Positions 19,867-28,826 of a stretch of DNA of 64,000 nt are shown here, piece by piece (within the stretch, counting starts at the first letter, position 1; each line of letters starts with the position of its first letter). Source of the stretch: a virus (taxonomy: Duplodnaviria > Caudoviricetes); IMG/VR virus record IMGVR_UViG_2706795919_000001, positions 11,817 through 75,816 of that record; one strand, written 5' to 3'. The notes below the pieces were generated by a model that ran no database searches, was not told the origin of the DNA, and worked only from the letters and a program-made list of their open reading frames with translations. Made by a program: the position numbers and the translations under genes.

Positions 19867-21174
19867 GTGGCAGAGAACACAGCGAAATCTAAGAGACGGG
19901 CGAGGGGCGACGGTGGCCTGTTTTGGTCCGAGTCTCAGCAGTTGTGGATCGGCCAGGTGTGGATCACCGGCAGGGACGGCAACCCGAAACAGAAGCGCGT
20001 CAGCAGCCGGGTCAAGAGCACCGCTCAACAGAAGCTCAACAAGCTCCGCGCGGACGTACTCAACGGCAAGGTTCACGACGGACCCAACAAAGGGCAGACC
20101 GTTAGCGACTGGCTGGACTACTGGCTGACCGTTAAGAAGCGGGAGAACCGGCCAGGCGGCTACCAGTCCTACGAGGGCACGGCCCGGCTGTACCTCAAGC
20201 CGCACCTGGGCGATATCCGGCTAGACAAGCTCACGACGCCTCAGGTGCGCTCTATGCTCGCCGCGCTACAGGACGGCACCGGAGACACCAAGGGGTCCAC
20301 GCGGAACGCTCAGAAGGCGTATCAGGCGCTTAACAACGCACTCAAGCTCGCGGTGGACGAGGGCGAGATTGAGCGCAACGCGTGCGACCCGATCAAGATG
20401 CCCAAGCACGTCAAGCAACAGCGCGGCGCGTTTGAGACAAGCGCGGCGGTCCATGTCCTCAAGACGGCGGCGGCGCGGGACGACGAGAACCACCCACGGA
20501 GGCCGAAGCTCGCTAGCCGGTGGGTGGCCGCGTTCATGACCGGCGCGCGGCAGGCCGAATGCTTAGGGCTGGAATGGGATCGCGTTGACTTCGATAAGGG
20601 ATTCTTGGATATCTCCTGGCAGCTACAGCGGCTTAAGTACGCGCACGGCTGCGGGACCAAGCCAGACGGATCGCCTAAGTGCGGTAAGGAACGGGTGGGC
20701 TTCTGCCCGGCTAAGAAAGAGGACTTCCCGCCCGGCTTTGAGTACCGGCACTGCCACCGGTCCCTGTTCTGGACGCGGCCTAAGACGCTAGCGGGGGAGC
20801 GGTTTATCCCGATGGCACCGCTACTGCTTGAGAGCCTTAAGGTCCATAAGCGGATGGACACGGACCCCAATCCGCACGGTCTGGTGTGGCATCACCGGGA
20901 CGGTAGGCCGCTAAGCCAAGAGGACGACAACCAGGAGTGGAACATGCTCATGGCGGCGTCTGGGATCGAAAAGAAGTCGCGCGAGGTCGTGTTGCACGAA
21001 GCGCGGAATACGGCGGCGACGATGCTCCTAGAGAGCGGCATTGACGCGAAGGTCATTCAGAGCATCTTGGGCCATGCGTCCATCTTGCAGACGCGTGAGT
21101 ATCAGCGGGTGAGTTTGGAGTTGAGTAAGAGCGCCGTCGCTAACGCGTTCGACGCTCTACTTCCGAAGGCTTAG
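19867..21174 (+). CDS. int: Tyrosine integrase
   Basis: RARGDGGL arm-binding N-terminus; TGARQAE, HEARNT, LGHASILQTREY catalytic motifs; GGAGG before GTG 19867. Confidence 0.95.
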   Translation: MAENTAKSKRRARGDGGLFWSESQQLWIGQVWITGRDGNPKQKRVSSRVKSTAQQKLNKLRADVLNGKVHDGPNKGQTVSDWLDYWLTVKKRENRPGGYQSYEGTARLYLKPHLGDIRLDKLTTPQVRSMLAALQDGTGDTKGSTRNAQKAYQALNNALKLAVDEGEIERNACDPIKMPKHVKQQRGAFETSAAVHVLKTAAARDDENHPRRPKLASRWVAAFMTGARQAECLGLEWDRVDFDKGFLDISWQLQRLKYAHGCGTKPDGSPKCGKERVGFCPAKKEDFPPGFEYRHCHRSLFWTRPKTLAGERFIPMAPLLLESLKVHKRMDTDPNPHGLVWHHRDGRPLSQEDDNQEWNMLMAASGIEKKSREVVLHEARNTAATMLLESGIDAKVIQSILGHASILQTREYQRVSLELSKSAVANAFDALLPKA

Positions 21175-22007
21175 TGAGATTCCAGTTGGGGCTTAGGCTG
21201 CTTACGCGTCTTAAGCACGTCGGCGTAAGTAGCCTTGCCCCTGCGGACCTTTTTCCAGAGTCCGGTTTTCATGTGGCGCTGCTTGAGTCGCCATGAGATT
21301 GCAGAAGTGATTCCGAAGCCGCACGCAGCGAGCGCCGTGAGTCCCCAAGCGTGGCGCGCGTAGTCGATGTTGTAGAGCACGCCCAAGATGCGCTCCGCAC
21401 CGGCCAGAAGGGCAACGAAGCAGCAGCCAAGATAGGCGCGCATGATGCCGCGCGAGCGCGGGTCGGTGAGCTTAATGATCATGAGCAGACGGCCAATCTG
21501 GAAAATCCACCAGCCGAAAGCTGCCGTCAGGAGCGCGTCAACAACGCGGTCGCTAAGCGTGTAGAACGCGCCGATAAGCGTAGGGCTGATGAGCGTGACC
21601 GGGAGCGTGATGTTGCGCGTTACCCAGCGCATCCGCTCGTCCTCGTCATAGTCCAGCCGGGACGCAAGCGAGTACAGGAACGCGGCCATGCCCATAAGGA
21701 CGAAGCCGTCACCGATGATCTGGGGGAGCGGCAGAAGCTCGTCCACTAAGCCCAACTCCGGCCAGATGACCTGCCGCACAAACGGCGATCCCAGCGTCAG
21801 GCCGAAGGTGCAGCACGCGCCGCAGAACGTCGTCGCGGACTCCCACCGGCAGCGCCAGGTAGCTCGTCGCGTCCATTGGATATACGCCGAAGCCAGAAAC
21901 ACACCGATAAGGATGAGGTTGTAGTACCGGAGGTCCAAAGTGACGAACGACGAGGACATACGCGATGGGCTTTCTCGAACACGCCAGCCATGTCTAGACG
22001 GGCGCAA
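21171..22007 (-). CDS. Multi-pass membrane protein (true start probably internal)
   Basis: Several hydrophobic helices; co-oriented with the repressor. Confidence 0.75.
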   Translation of the reverse strand: MRPSRHGWRVRESPSRMSSSFVTLDLRYYNLILIGVFLASAYIQWTRRATWRCRWESATTFCGACCTFGLTLGSPFVRQVIWPELGLVDELLPLPQIIGDGFVLMGMAAFLYSLASRLDYDEDERMRWVTRNITLPVTLISPTLIGAFYTLSDRVVDALLTAAFGWWIFQIGRLLMIIKLTDPRSRGIMRAYLGCCFVALLAGAERILGVLYNIDYARHAWGLTALAACGFGITSAISWRLKQRHMKTGLWKKVRRGKATYADVLKTRKQPKPQLESH

Positions 22008-22124
22008 TGTGGGAGGGGGACTGCACTGCTTATCGCTGTTGCGTAGCTACGCGTTACAGCGGGTGTACGCCTTGGGAATGTAGTCCCATATTTGGGAATA
22101 GCGCAAGCCCAAGGCGCTGCCCCA

Positions 22125-22508
22125 TCACATTGGCGGGCTGTCGAGCCGCGCCCTGACCCGTCGCCGCCTACTGCGGACTGCTCGGCGGGTCACTGTCGGA
22201 GGGTGGGGCTGTTCGTAATCCTCACCGCCCTCAACGTCAACCACGCCCGCGTCTGCGAGGTAGTCAACAAGCTCTTGCTCGTCTAGGTGGCCGAAGCGCA
22301 CCAGCAAGTCCACCTTGTTAAGGCCGAACGCGTCGGCAATGAGCATGAGGTTAGGCACGCTGTTGAGCACGCCCTTGTCCCTCTGCTCGTAGTAAGTAGA
22401 GCGGGACATGCCCAGCGCGCTAAGCGCCTCCTGCATTCGTACCTGCCGTCTGAGCAGGTAGGACACGACCACCAGTAGGTCGTTGTCCTGATCGTTTTTG
22501 GCCGACAT
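22125..22508 (-). CDS. Immunity repressor (HTH), probably leaderless mRNA
   Basis: ALSALGMSRSTYY HTH; divergent from Cro; CACACT -10 element 7 nt before ATG. Confidence 0.8.
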   Translation of the reverse strand: MSAKNDQDNDLLVVVSYLLRRQVRMQEALSALGMSRSTYYEQRDKGVLNSVPNLMLIADAFGLNKVDLLVRFGHLDEQELVDYLADAGVVDVEGGEDYEQPHPPTVTRRAVRSRRRRVRARLDSPPM

Positions 22509-22519
22509 GCCGCTCAGTG

Positions 22520-22604
22520 TGTCGGATTTTCCGGACAACCGCAACCGGTCCTGACCTGCGAGAGCAAAGTCACATGGATGTAATTTTGTCCGATTTTCCG
22601 GACA
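22520..22604. promoter_or_regulatory. Two 18-bp operators TGTC(C/G)GATTTTCCGGACA in the switch region
   Basis: Copies at 22520-22537 and 22587-22604; dyad TGTCCG-N6-CGGACA. Confidence 0.75.
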
Positions 22605-22607
22605 CGT

Positions 22608-22946
22608 TTGACCCTGAGTCGGACTGGGTATGTTACGTTTCTTTCCGTGCCGATCACCCCTCCCAACACCGCAAACCACAACATCGAATGGATTCCCCAA
22701 GCAGTCGAGAACCTGCTTCATAACCACGACATAATGACGCGCAACGAGCTTGCCAAAGTGCTCGGAGTTGCCAGGTCTACGGTCTACGGCGCATTTGCCG
22801 AGGACTGGACTGGTGAGCCGTCAATCAAGATGCTCGCTCAGATGGCCGGATACTTCCGCGTGCCTATCGGATCGCTCGTCACTGAGCCTGGGCGTAAGGC
22901 CGCTAAGCGCGAGTCACGGCGTGTAAATGTCCGGAGGATCGCATGA
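22608..22946 (+). CDS. Cro-like HTH protein (start uncertain)
   Basis: TRNELAKVLGVARSTVY HTH; divergent from the repressor. Confidence 0.82.
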   Translation: MTLSRTGYVTFLSVPITPPNTANHNIEWIPQAVENLLHNHDIMTRNELAKVLGVARSTVYGAFAEDWTGEPSIKMLAQMAGYFRVPIGSLVTEPGRKAAKRESRRVNVRRIA

Positions 22947-23161
22947 GCACCGCCACCCTGAGCAATCCGGAAAATCTGACACAGCCACTCATGGTGACCC
23001 GCCAGGACGCGGCCCGGCTCCTGGGCCTGAGCCTGCGCGAGGTCGATAACCTCCGCGCTTCCGGTCGCCTGATGGCAAAGAAGCACGGCTCCAAAGTCCT
23101 GTTCCCCCGCGCTGAGCTTGAGCGCTTCGTTAACGACCTGCCTTGGGAGGTTGACCAGTGA
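22943..23161 (+). CDS. Excisionase-like HTH protein
   Basis: TRQDAARLLGLS..GRL.AKKHG..VLFPRAELERF. Confidence 0.82.
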   Translation: MSTATLSNPENLTQPLMVTRQDAARLLGLSLREVDNLRASGRLMAKKHGSKVLFPRAELERFVNDLPWEVDQ

Positions 23162-23553
23162 CCGATCAGCCCGAACTTGAGTTCCCGTTTCACATGCAGT
23201 TGACCGAACCCGACTACGACTCCGCTAAGGCGCTTAAGGACGCGCTAGAGCTTCTAAGAAAGGATGGATGGGGACGTGGAAAGTTTCACGATGAGTCCAC
23301 AGGCAAGCGCGACTCTCTTGGGGCGCTCGGAGCGCCATTCGGGACAACCCGTCCAGAGGCAGTCGATTACCTCGCCTACGCCGTGCGGATGCGTGACGGC
23401 GCTCCCCCTATCCCGGCAAGCATGGACCCGCAGCGCGTCGTCATCAACTGGAACGACGGCTTCCGGCGCAAGTTCTCAGAAGTCGAGTCCGTGTTCAAAG
23501 CAGCTATTCGCTACGCAGAGGGTAAGGGCGTCTCAGTGCGACCGGGCCGTTAG
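23158..23553 (+). CDS. Hypothetical protein (DUF6197-like)
   Basis: GWGRG..LGAL..WND..R...EV..VF..A pattern. Confidence 0.65.
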   Translation: MTDQPELEFPFHMQLTEPDYDSAKALKDALELLRKDGWGRGKFHDESTGKRDSLGALGAPFGTTRPEAVDYLAYAVRMRDGAPPIPASMDPQRVVINWNDGFRRKFSEVESVFKAAIRYAEGKGVSVRPGR

Positions 23554-23724
23554 GGACACGGTTCTCTGCGCGCTCTCGTTAGCGGCTCTGATCCTCATTG
23601 GAGCCATCGTTCTTAACGCTTGGTTTGGAGGCTGGTTCTAATGGAGTCATGCGCTGTAATCAGTAGCCCTATTATTTCCGATAGGCGACTCTTCCCGTTA
23701 TCCTATAAAGGTGAGGGTGAGGGG

Positions 23725-24048
23725 ATGAGAAAGTTCAAGGACGTGATCGCGGAAGCGCGAATGGTCGCAATGCTTAACCCTCTTGGTCGCAATGAGAATG
23801 CGGCTTACACGGAGAGGGACGGAGAGCCATGCTGCATCTTCGGTCACGCCCTTGAACGCCTGGGAATCGGTATCGCGTCCTGGGAAGTGCTTAACAACTT
23901 CACGCTCGCTGAACTGCCTTGGGCCGACTTCGGCTTTGAGGAACCTAATGCCTACCAAATTCTTTGGACTACTAAGGTCCAAGCCGCTGCGGACAACGGG
24001 GACGCGTGGATCATCGCAATTGCGATGGCTGACGCAACCCTGATCTAA
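23725..24048 (+). CDS. Hypothetical protein
   Basis: GAGGGG RBS before ATG 23725; PCCIFGHAL motif. Confidence 0.65.
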   Translation: MRKFKDVIAEARMVAMLNPLGRNENAAYTERDGEPCCIFGHALERLGIGIASWEVLNNFTLAELPWADFGFEEPNAYQILWTTKVQAAADNGDAWIIAIAMADATLI

Positions 24049-24068
24049 GCAGCACTTAGTAACAACCA

Positions 24069-24432
24069 TACGTAGTTGACCTCTACGAACTAACCCCGTC
24101 GCCGGGGAGCCTGTGAACATGTACCGGGCTGCTGAGTGGTTCGCCAGCAAGTAAGTCAACGTGAGTACGTAACGCGGATGAACCGGTCCCTATAGGTGAA
24201 AGCCCATAGCAGCCGGAGAACGCGGGAGCGATGAGTAGCGGTTAGTGCCAGATCGGCGGCTACAAGCAAGGGCTATGGGTGAAAGTGATTGCCTAGCTTA
24301 CGGGTGCAACCCCCGTTCATCGCACCAGGCCGGGGCGGTCGAGACGCACGGAACGACGGGCATCGTTCTTAAGGGGCGCGGACGCGTAAGGGTGTGACGC
24401 TACGCAGCACCGCTGCTGCTCCCCCCCGGCCA
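24069..24432 (+). ncRNA. Cluster of structured non-coding RNA domains
   Basis: No credible ORF; four adjacent closed domains including a GAAA tetraloop stem. Confidence 0.65.
24228..24327 (+). ncRNA. tRNA-like RNA with acceptor stem, T arm and ACCA but no canonical D or anticodon arm
   Basis: GCGATGA/TCATCGC plus ACCA; ACGGG-TGCAACC-CCCGT. Confidence 0.7.
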
Positions 24433-24471
24433 TTCTCTTAAGTCACCACAACCACAACGAAAGGGCACGCA

Positions 24472-24834
24472 ATGACGGGTGTTATCTATCTCGGTGAGCC
24501 AACCGGCCCACGACTGCGGTCCTTAAGCCTCGCTAAGACGCGGGAGCTTGACGCGTGGTTGACGAACGCAATGAGCTACGGCGCGTCCAAGCACGATAAG
24601 GACCTGCCGGTGGATTACACGCGAGCGCTAAGCACGCTGGCGCAGCGCCGGGGTATCCGGTTCCACTTCAACGGGGACCGTATGCGCGTACCGGGTGAGG
24701 TCCCGTTGGGATCGAACATTCCCGGCTGTGTGGGTGGCTCAAAACGAAAGATCACCGTTACCGACGAACGCGCGATTGCATCGAAACATGGACAGGCCGT
24801 CGAACCGTGGAATATGCGGGATTGGCGGGAATAG
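24472..24834 (+). CDS. Hypothetical protein
   Basis: AAAGGG RBS, 120 aa. Confidence 0.65.
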   Translation: MTGVIYLGEPTGPRLRSLSLAKTRELDAWLTNAMSYGASKHDKDLPVDYTRALSTLAQRRGIRFHFNGDRMRVPGEVPLGSNIPGCVGGSKRKITVTDERAIASKHGQAVEPWNMRDWRE

Positions 24835-24864
24835 TTGACACCTTCCGTACATGCCGTGTACGGT
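24835..24864 (+). promoter_or_regulatory. SigA-type promoter with overlapping dyad
   Basis: TTGACA-N18-TACGGT; CGTACA-TGCCG-TGTACG. Confidence 0.75.
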
Positions 24865-24884
24865 ATCAATCAGTGGAGGTCCGA

Positions 24885-25046
24885 ATGGCCCAACTCTCCT
24901 GCGAACTGAATTGCGGGGCTAGCTACACCGAGGAATACCAGCTTCACCTTCACCACTACGCATCCGAAAAGGGCATCCTTCCCACCTGTGGTAAGGGCCG
25001 CGAGCGAAAGGCGCGCAATGCCGAGCGAGGAAATCAGGTCGCCTGA
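24885..25046 (+). CDS. Small C2H2-like zinc-binding protein
   Basis: GGAGG RBS; CELNC..LHLHH. Confidence 0.55.
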   Translation: MAQLSCELNCGASYTEEYQLHLHHYASEKGILPTCGKGRERKARNAERGNQVA

Positions 25047-25827
25047 CAAGCTGATGCTTGCCGGTGACTGGCACGGTAACTTGCCGTGGGCGTTCAAGGC
25101 GCTGCACTACGCGAAGTCAAACGGCGCAGACACGATTCTGCATGTCGGGGACTTCGGGTTCTGGCAGACCGCTAACCCGCGCACCGTGCAGTTCCTAAGC
25201 GAGGTCGATAAGGAGCTTAAGGCTCTTAGCATCGAACTGCTTTGGGTTGACGGCAATCATGAGGATCACGCGTTCTGGAACGGCTTCAACCGTCCGGACT
25301 CGGAGCCGGTCACGCTCTCGTCTTGCTCCAACATCACACACCTTCCGCGCGGTTACCGCTGGGAGTGGTGGGGCGATACGTGGATGGCTCTTGGCGGCGC
25401 TCATTCGATCAATCGGAGCTTCTGCACGCCGGGCGTGGACTGGTGGCCGGGCGAGTGGATTGACGACGAGCAACTTGAGTACGCGTGCCGTCCCGGCAAG
25501 GTGGACATAATCGTGGCCCACGATGCGCCGGAGGCTGTGACCATTCCCGGCATCGTTCCCGGCAAGCCGGTCTACATGCACATTGGCGGCATGAAGCGGC
25601 GGGTCCCGCAAGCGGACCTGCTTAAGGCTGAGGAACACCGGGCGCGCATTCAGACCGTGTGCGACGAGGTTAAGCCGGTGGAGTTCTACCACGGCCATTA
25701 CCACAAGGCGTACAACGCGCTGGCCCGCGTTAAGGGCGGCAGCTACGTCAACGTGCGCGGGCTGGACAAAGACGAAACAACTATGGCAGCGAACACCCAT
25801 TTCATCACGGAAGGTTTGAACGACTAA
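25018..25827 (+). CDS. Calcineurin-like metallophosphoesterase
   Basis: GDWHG, GDFG, GNHE, HDAP, HGHYH. Confidence 0.92.
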   Translation: MPSEEIRSPDKLMLAGDWHGNLPWAFKALHYAKSNGADTILHVGDFGFWQTANPRTVQFLSEVDKELKALSIELLWVDGNHEDHAFWNGFNRPDSEPVTLSSCSNITHLPRGYRWEWWGDTWMALGGAHSINRSFCTPGVDWWPGEWIDDEQLEYACRPGKVDIIVAHDAPEAVTIPGIVPGKPVYMHIGGMKRRVPQADLLKAEEHRARIQTVCDEVKPVEFYHGHYHKAYNALARVKGGSYVNVRGLDKDETTMAANTHFITEGLND

Positions 25828-26045
25828 TGCTGGACACCGCAGAGCGAAAGGTCACCCGTCGTCCGGACGGTGACCTGACGATTGAGGGCACAAGCGTTTG
25901 GATGCCCGCCGACCCTAAGGCGCTCGCCCAGGAGCGCGCGGAGGTCATGCAGCGGCTCGCTGATTTGACGCGGGCTGAGTTGTTCCTTGCCACGACACCT
26001 AAGCCCACCTACATGTTCAAGGGGGATTACTACCGTGAGGGCTAG
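25827..26045 (+). CDS. Hypothetical protein
   Basis: TAATG overlap, 72 aa. Confidence 0.6.
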   Translation: MLDTAERKVTRRPDGDLTIEGTSVWMPADPKALAQERAEVMQRLADLTRAELFLATTPKPTYMFKGDYYREG

Positions 26046-26514
26046 TGAGCGCCTAGAGCAGCGCAACGACATTCTGGAAGTCATCGCCCAGATAGATGAC
26101 GACCTTAAGGGGCTTACTTACGATAAGTCTTTCCGGTCTGCCCAACAGGCGCGGGAAATGTTGGAAACGCGGCACGAACTGTCGCGCGAGTTGCAATCGC
26201 TCGGGTTCCAAGCACCTGAGCTTGACGAAAGGTTGCGGAACCGTGAGGGCACTCTTAGCTCTCGTCGTCCTCGCTTTGGTGGTGGCGACGATCCTTCTCG
26301 TACTGGCGTGGTTGCGAAACGCCGTATTGGCCCGGCGAGCGCGAGCTAAGGCGCTTACCGACAAGTACCCGCTTCTGGGCGTGCTTAAGGGCGCGGACCG
26401 TAAGCGCTACTTGGCTGAGCTAGTCGAGCGGGAGCAAGAAGAGTACGACGAGGATAAGCACGAACGCTTCGTGGATATCCTCAAGCGCACTAACTCATAA
26501 CTGAATATCGCATC

Positions 26515-26556
26515 CGAAAAGGGACCCCTGAGGCTACGGCTTCGGGGGTCCTTTCC
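26515..26556 (+). terminator. Intrinsic terminator-like hairpin
   Basis: AAAGGGACCCCTGAGGC / GCTTCGGGGGTCCTTT. Confidence 0.7.
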
Positions 26557-26571
26557 TATGAAAGGGAAAAG

Positions 26572-27504
26572 TTGAACCGTAAGCGCATTGCGGCTTTCGC
26601 AGTTGCGGCCCTGGCCGTCCTGCCTATCGTCGCGTGTTCTACGTCGGTGCCAGCGGGCGTTACGGCGGTCAAGGTGGAGGACTACGCGTTCATCCCGACT
26701 GACCCGACCGTTGAGGGCTGCATTAAGCCTGAGACGAACGAGTACAACCCGATTGGCGGCTTCAAGGCGTACATGTACCCGGCCCGCCAGATCAGCTACG
26801 ACGCGCTGGACGCGCAGGACGCAGAGGCTCCGGCCACGGTCGTCGTGTCTAACGCTTCGGCTCCGGCTGAGCTTAAGGTCCCGGTTACGGTGACGTTCGA
26901 TCTGACGCAGGACTGCGAGCAGCTTAAGAACTTCCACCGTGACTTCGGTACCAAGTACCAGGGCTGGCTTAACGATGACGGCTCGGTGTCACAGGGCTGG
27001 AAGGACTTGCTTAACTACGTGGTTGGGCAGCCCTTGCAGAACACGTTGGTTTCCATCGCGCAGAAGTACGAGTGGCGCAAGATTTGGAACGACGAGGCCG
27101 TCCGGGTCGAGTTCCAGAACGCTCTCCGGGAGACGCTGCCTAAGGTGTCGCGCGACCGTACTGACGGCGTTGACTACTTCACCAATTTCCAGGTGACGGT
27201 CATGAAGCCCGATCCGGTGGACCCCAACCTCAAGTCGGCCATCATCGCGGAGCAGAACAGCATCGCGCAGGCTCGCGCGGCTGAGGCTAAGGGCGTGGCT
27301 GACGCTAACGCTGCTAAGGCCAAGGCTGAGGCTGACGTTGCGGCGGCGGTCGCTCAGACCAAGGTCGCTGAGCAGGAGGCGCTTAAGCGCGCTGCCGAGA
27401 TTCGGGGTTACCCGTCCGCTGAGGATTACCTCAAGGCAATTGCCATTGAGAAGGGCATCACTCCGTGGCCCTCTCCGGTGATCGCGGGCGCTCCGGCTCG
27501 CTAA
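26572..27504 (+). CDS. SPFH/Band-7-like lipoprotein
   Basis: Signal peptide with IVAC lipobox, SPFH-like core, Ala/Glu coiled coil. Confidence 0.75.
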   Translation: MNRKRIAAFAVAALAVLPIVACSTSVPAGVTAVKVEDYAFIPTDPTVEGCIKPETNEYNPIGGFKAYMYPARQISYDALDAQDAEAPATVVVSNASAPAELKVPVTVTFDLTQDCEQLKNFHRDFGTKYQGWLNDDGSVSQGWKDLLNYVVGQPLQNTLVSIAQKYEWRKIWNDEAVRVEFQNALRETLPKVSRDRTDGVDYFTNFQVTVMKPDPVDPNLKSAIIAEQNSIAQARAAEAKGVADANAAKAKAEADVAAAVAQTKVAEQEALKRAAEIRGYPSAEDYLKAIAIEKGITPWPSPVIAGAPAR

Positions 27505-27566
27505 GTACAACAGCCTGCCGTCTGGCTGATGTTCGCTAGGAACACCTAGCGGCGATAGGCGGCACC

Positions 27567-27649
27567 GTGGCGAAGGCAACTGTTGGTTTGTTGCACCTGC
27601 CTGTAAAGCAGGCGCTTCGGCTTCGGGGGTTCAATTCCCTCTCGCCACA
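27567..27649 (+). tRNA. tRNA-Tyr(GTA), isolated from the main cluster
   Basis: GTGGCGA/TCGCCAC acceptor; CCTGC-CTGTAAA-GCAGG; long variable arm; TTCAATT T loop. Confidence 0.88.
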
Positions 27650-27682
27650 CGCTTTACCAGTAACCAAACCCTTAAGGATGAC

Positions 27683-28081
27683 ATGAGTAAGAGCAATCTC
27701 TTTGATCAGCCGGGCGTCGAGCAGATGATTCCCGGTAAGGAACTGCCGGTAGCCGTTAAGGTCACCGGTCGCAACATGCACGCGGTGTCGCTGCTGGTGT
27801 CGGTGGCCGGTGAGCAGACCGGCGTCCGTACCGCTGTCTCGGCGTTCTTTGAGTCGGACGGCTCGCTTGATCACGTCAAGCTGACCGCGCCGGGCTACGA
27901 CCAGGACGTGCCTGCCGGTGACTACTTGGTGCTGAGCGACGACAAGACGACCATTGTCGTTACGGACCAGGAAACCTACGACTACAGCAAGGCGCTGTTC
28001 CCGATCTTGTCCGCTGTCGATGAGGCCGTTAGCGCCGTCGCGGACGCGCTCGGTTCGACGCTGGGGCTGGTGGCGAAGTGA
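27683..28081 (+). CDS. Hypothetical protein
   Basis: AAGGA RBS, 132 aa. Confidence 0.65.
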   Translation: MSKSNLFDQPGVEQMIPGKELPVAVKVTGRNMHAVSLLVSVAGEQTGVRTAVSAFFESDGSLDHVKLTAPGYDQDVPAGDYLVLSDDKTTIVVTDQETYDYSKALFPILSAVDEAVSAVADALGSTLGLVAK

Positions 28082-28323
28082 GCCTCTTCAAGAAAGCAGC
28101 CGCGCCGGTTGCGCTTAAGGCTCCTAAGTCGGTGGCGTCCATCACGGCGGGGCTGACCGACACGCTCGCGGAGCTTGAGGCGCACGCCGACGAGCAGACG
28201 ACGCAGGCTGAGGCTCAGCGGCAAATGGCTGAGTACGCGCTGGCCGCTGCCGATAAGCACGCGGCTGAGTCTGAACTGGCGGTTAAGGTCGCCGGGAATA
28301 TCAAGGCTCTGCTCGGCGCGTGA
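28078..28323 (+). CDS. Hypothetical coiled-coil protein
   Basis: GTGA overlap, Ala-rich. Confidence 0.65.
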   Translation: MSLFKKAAAPVALKAPKSVASITAGLTDTLAELEAHADEQTTQAEAQRQMAEYALAAADKHAAESELAVKVAGNIKALLGA

Positions 28324-28578
28324 TCACGTCAGTTATGAGGCACCTGTTCGCGCTCCATTACTTCCGTAAGGAGCGCGGCAGGTTGCCAACACTCAGAGAG
28401 CACTACCGAGAGGTAACAGGTAAGTGAACCTTCGCTTTAAGGTGCTCGGCTACACCATTGCGTCAGTCGAGCTTGAATTGCCGGAAGCCGCTGAGCCGGA
28501 AATCGCCCAGCCGGTCACTAAGCTCACGCAACGCCTCGTTAAGGGCGTTAGCCGCCTGTGGGTTAAGGGGATGGCTGC

Positions 28579-28815
28579 GTGAGCGGATTTGAGGGCGTCA
28601 AGAAGCGGACCGAGGAACAGGGCCGCATCGTCATCACCCTTGAGTACGACGTGTCCAAGTCGTACTGGAAGCAATACGCGGAGAGCCGCAAAGCCACTAT
28701 CACTGATGCAGTCGATTGCCTACGGCTGAACGTTCAGGACTACGAGGCGGGCGAGCTTTCCCTTGAGGAATTAATCGACGGCGCTAGCGAGATAAGCGTT
28801 ACCGCCACTAAGTAA
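28579..28815 (+). CDS. Hypothetical protein
   Basis: 78 aa, in operon. Confidence 0.6.
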   Translation: MSGFEGVKKRTEEQGRIVITLEYDVSKSYWKQYAESRKATITDAVDCLRLNVQDYEAGELSLEELIDGASEISVTATK

Positions 28816-28826
28816 GAAAGACGACG

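Noticed and set aside
22509-22727. N-terminal extension of the repressor ORF
   Set aside because: Runs through the operators and the cro gene; ATG 22508 follows a -10 element at leaderless distance
24228-24327. tmRNA or selenocysteine tRNA
   Set aside because: Too short for tmRNA, with no G3-U70 pair or tag ORF; no TCA anticodon arm
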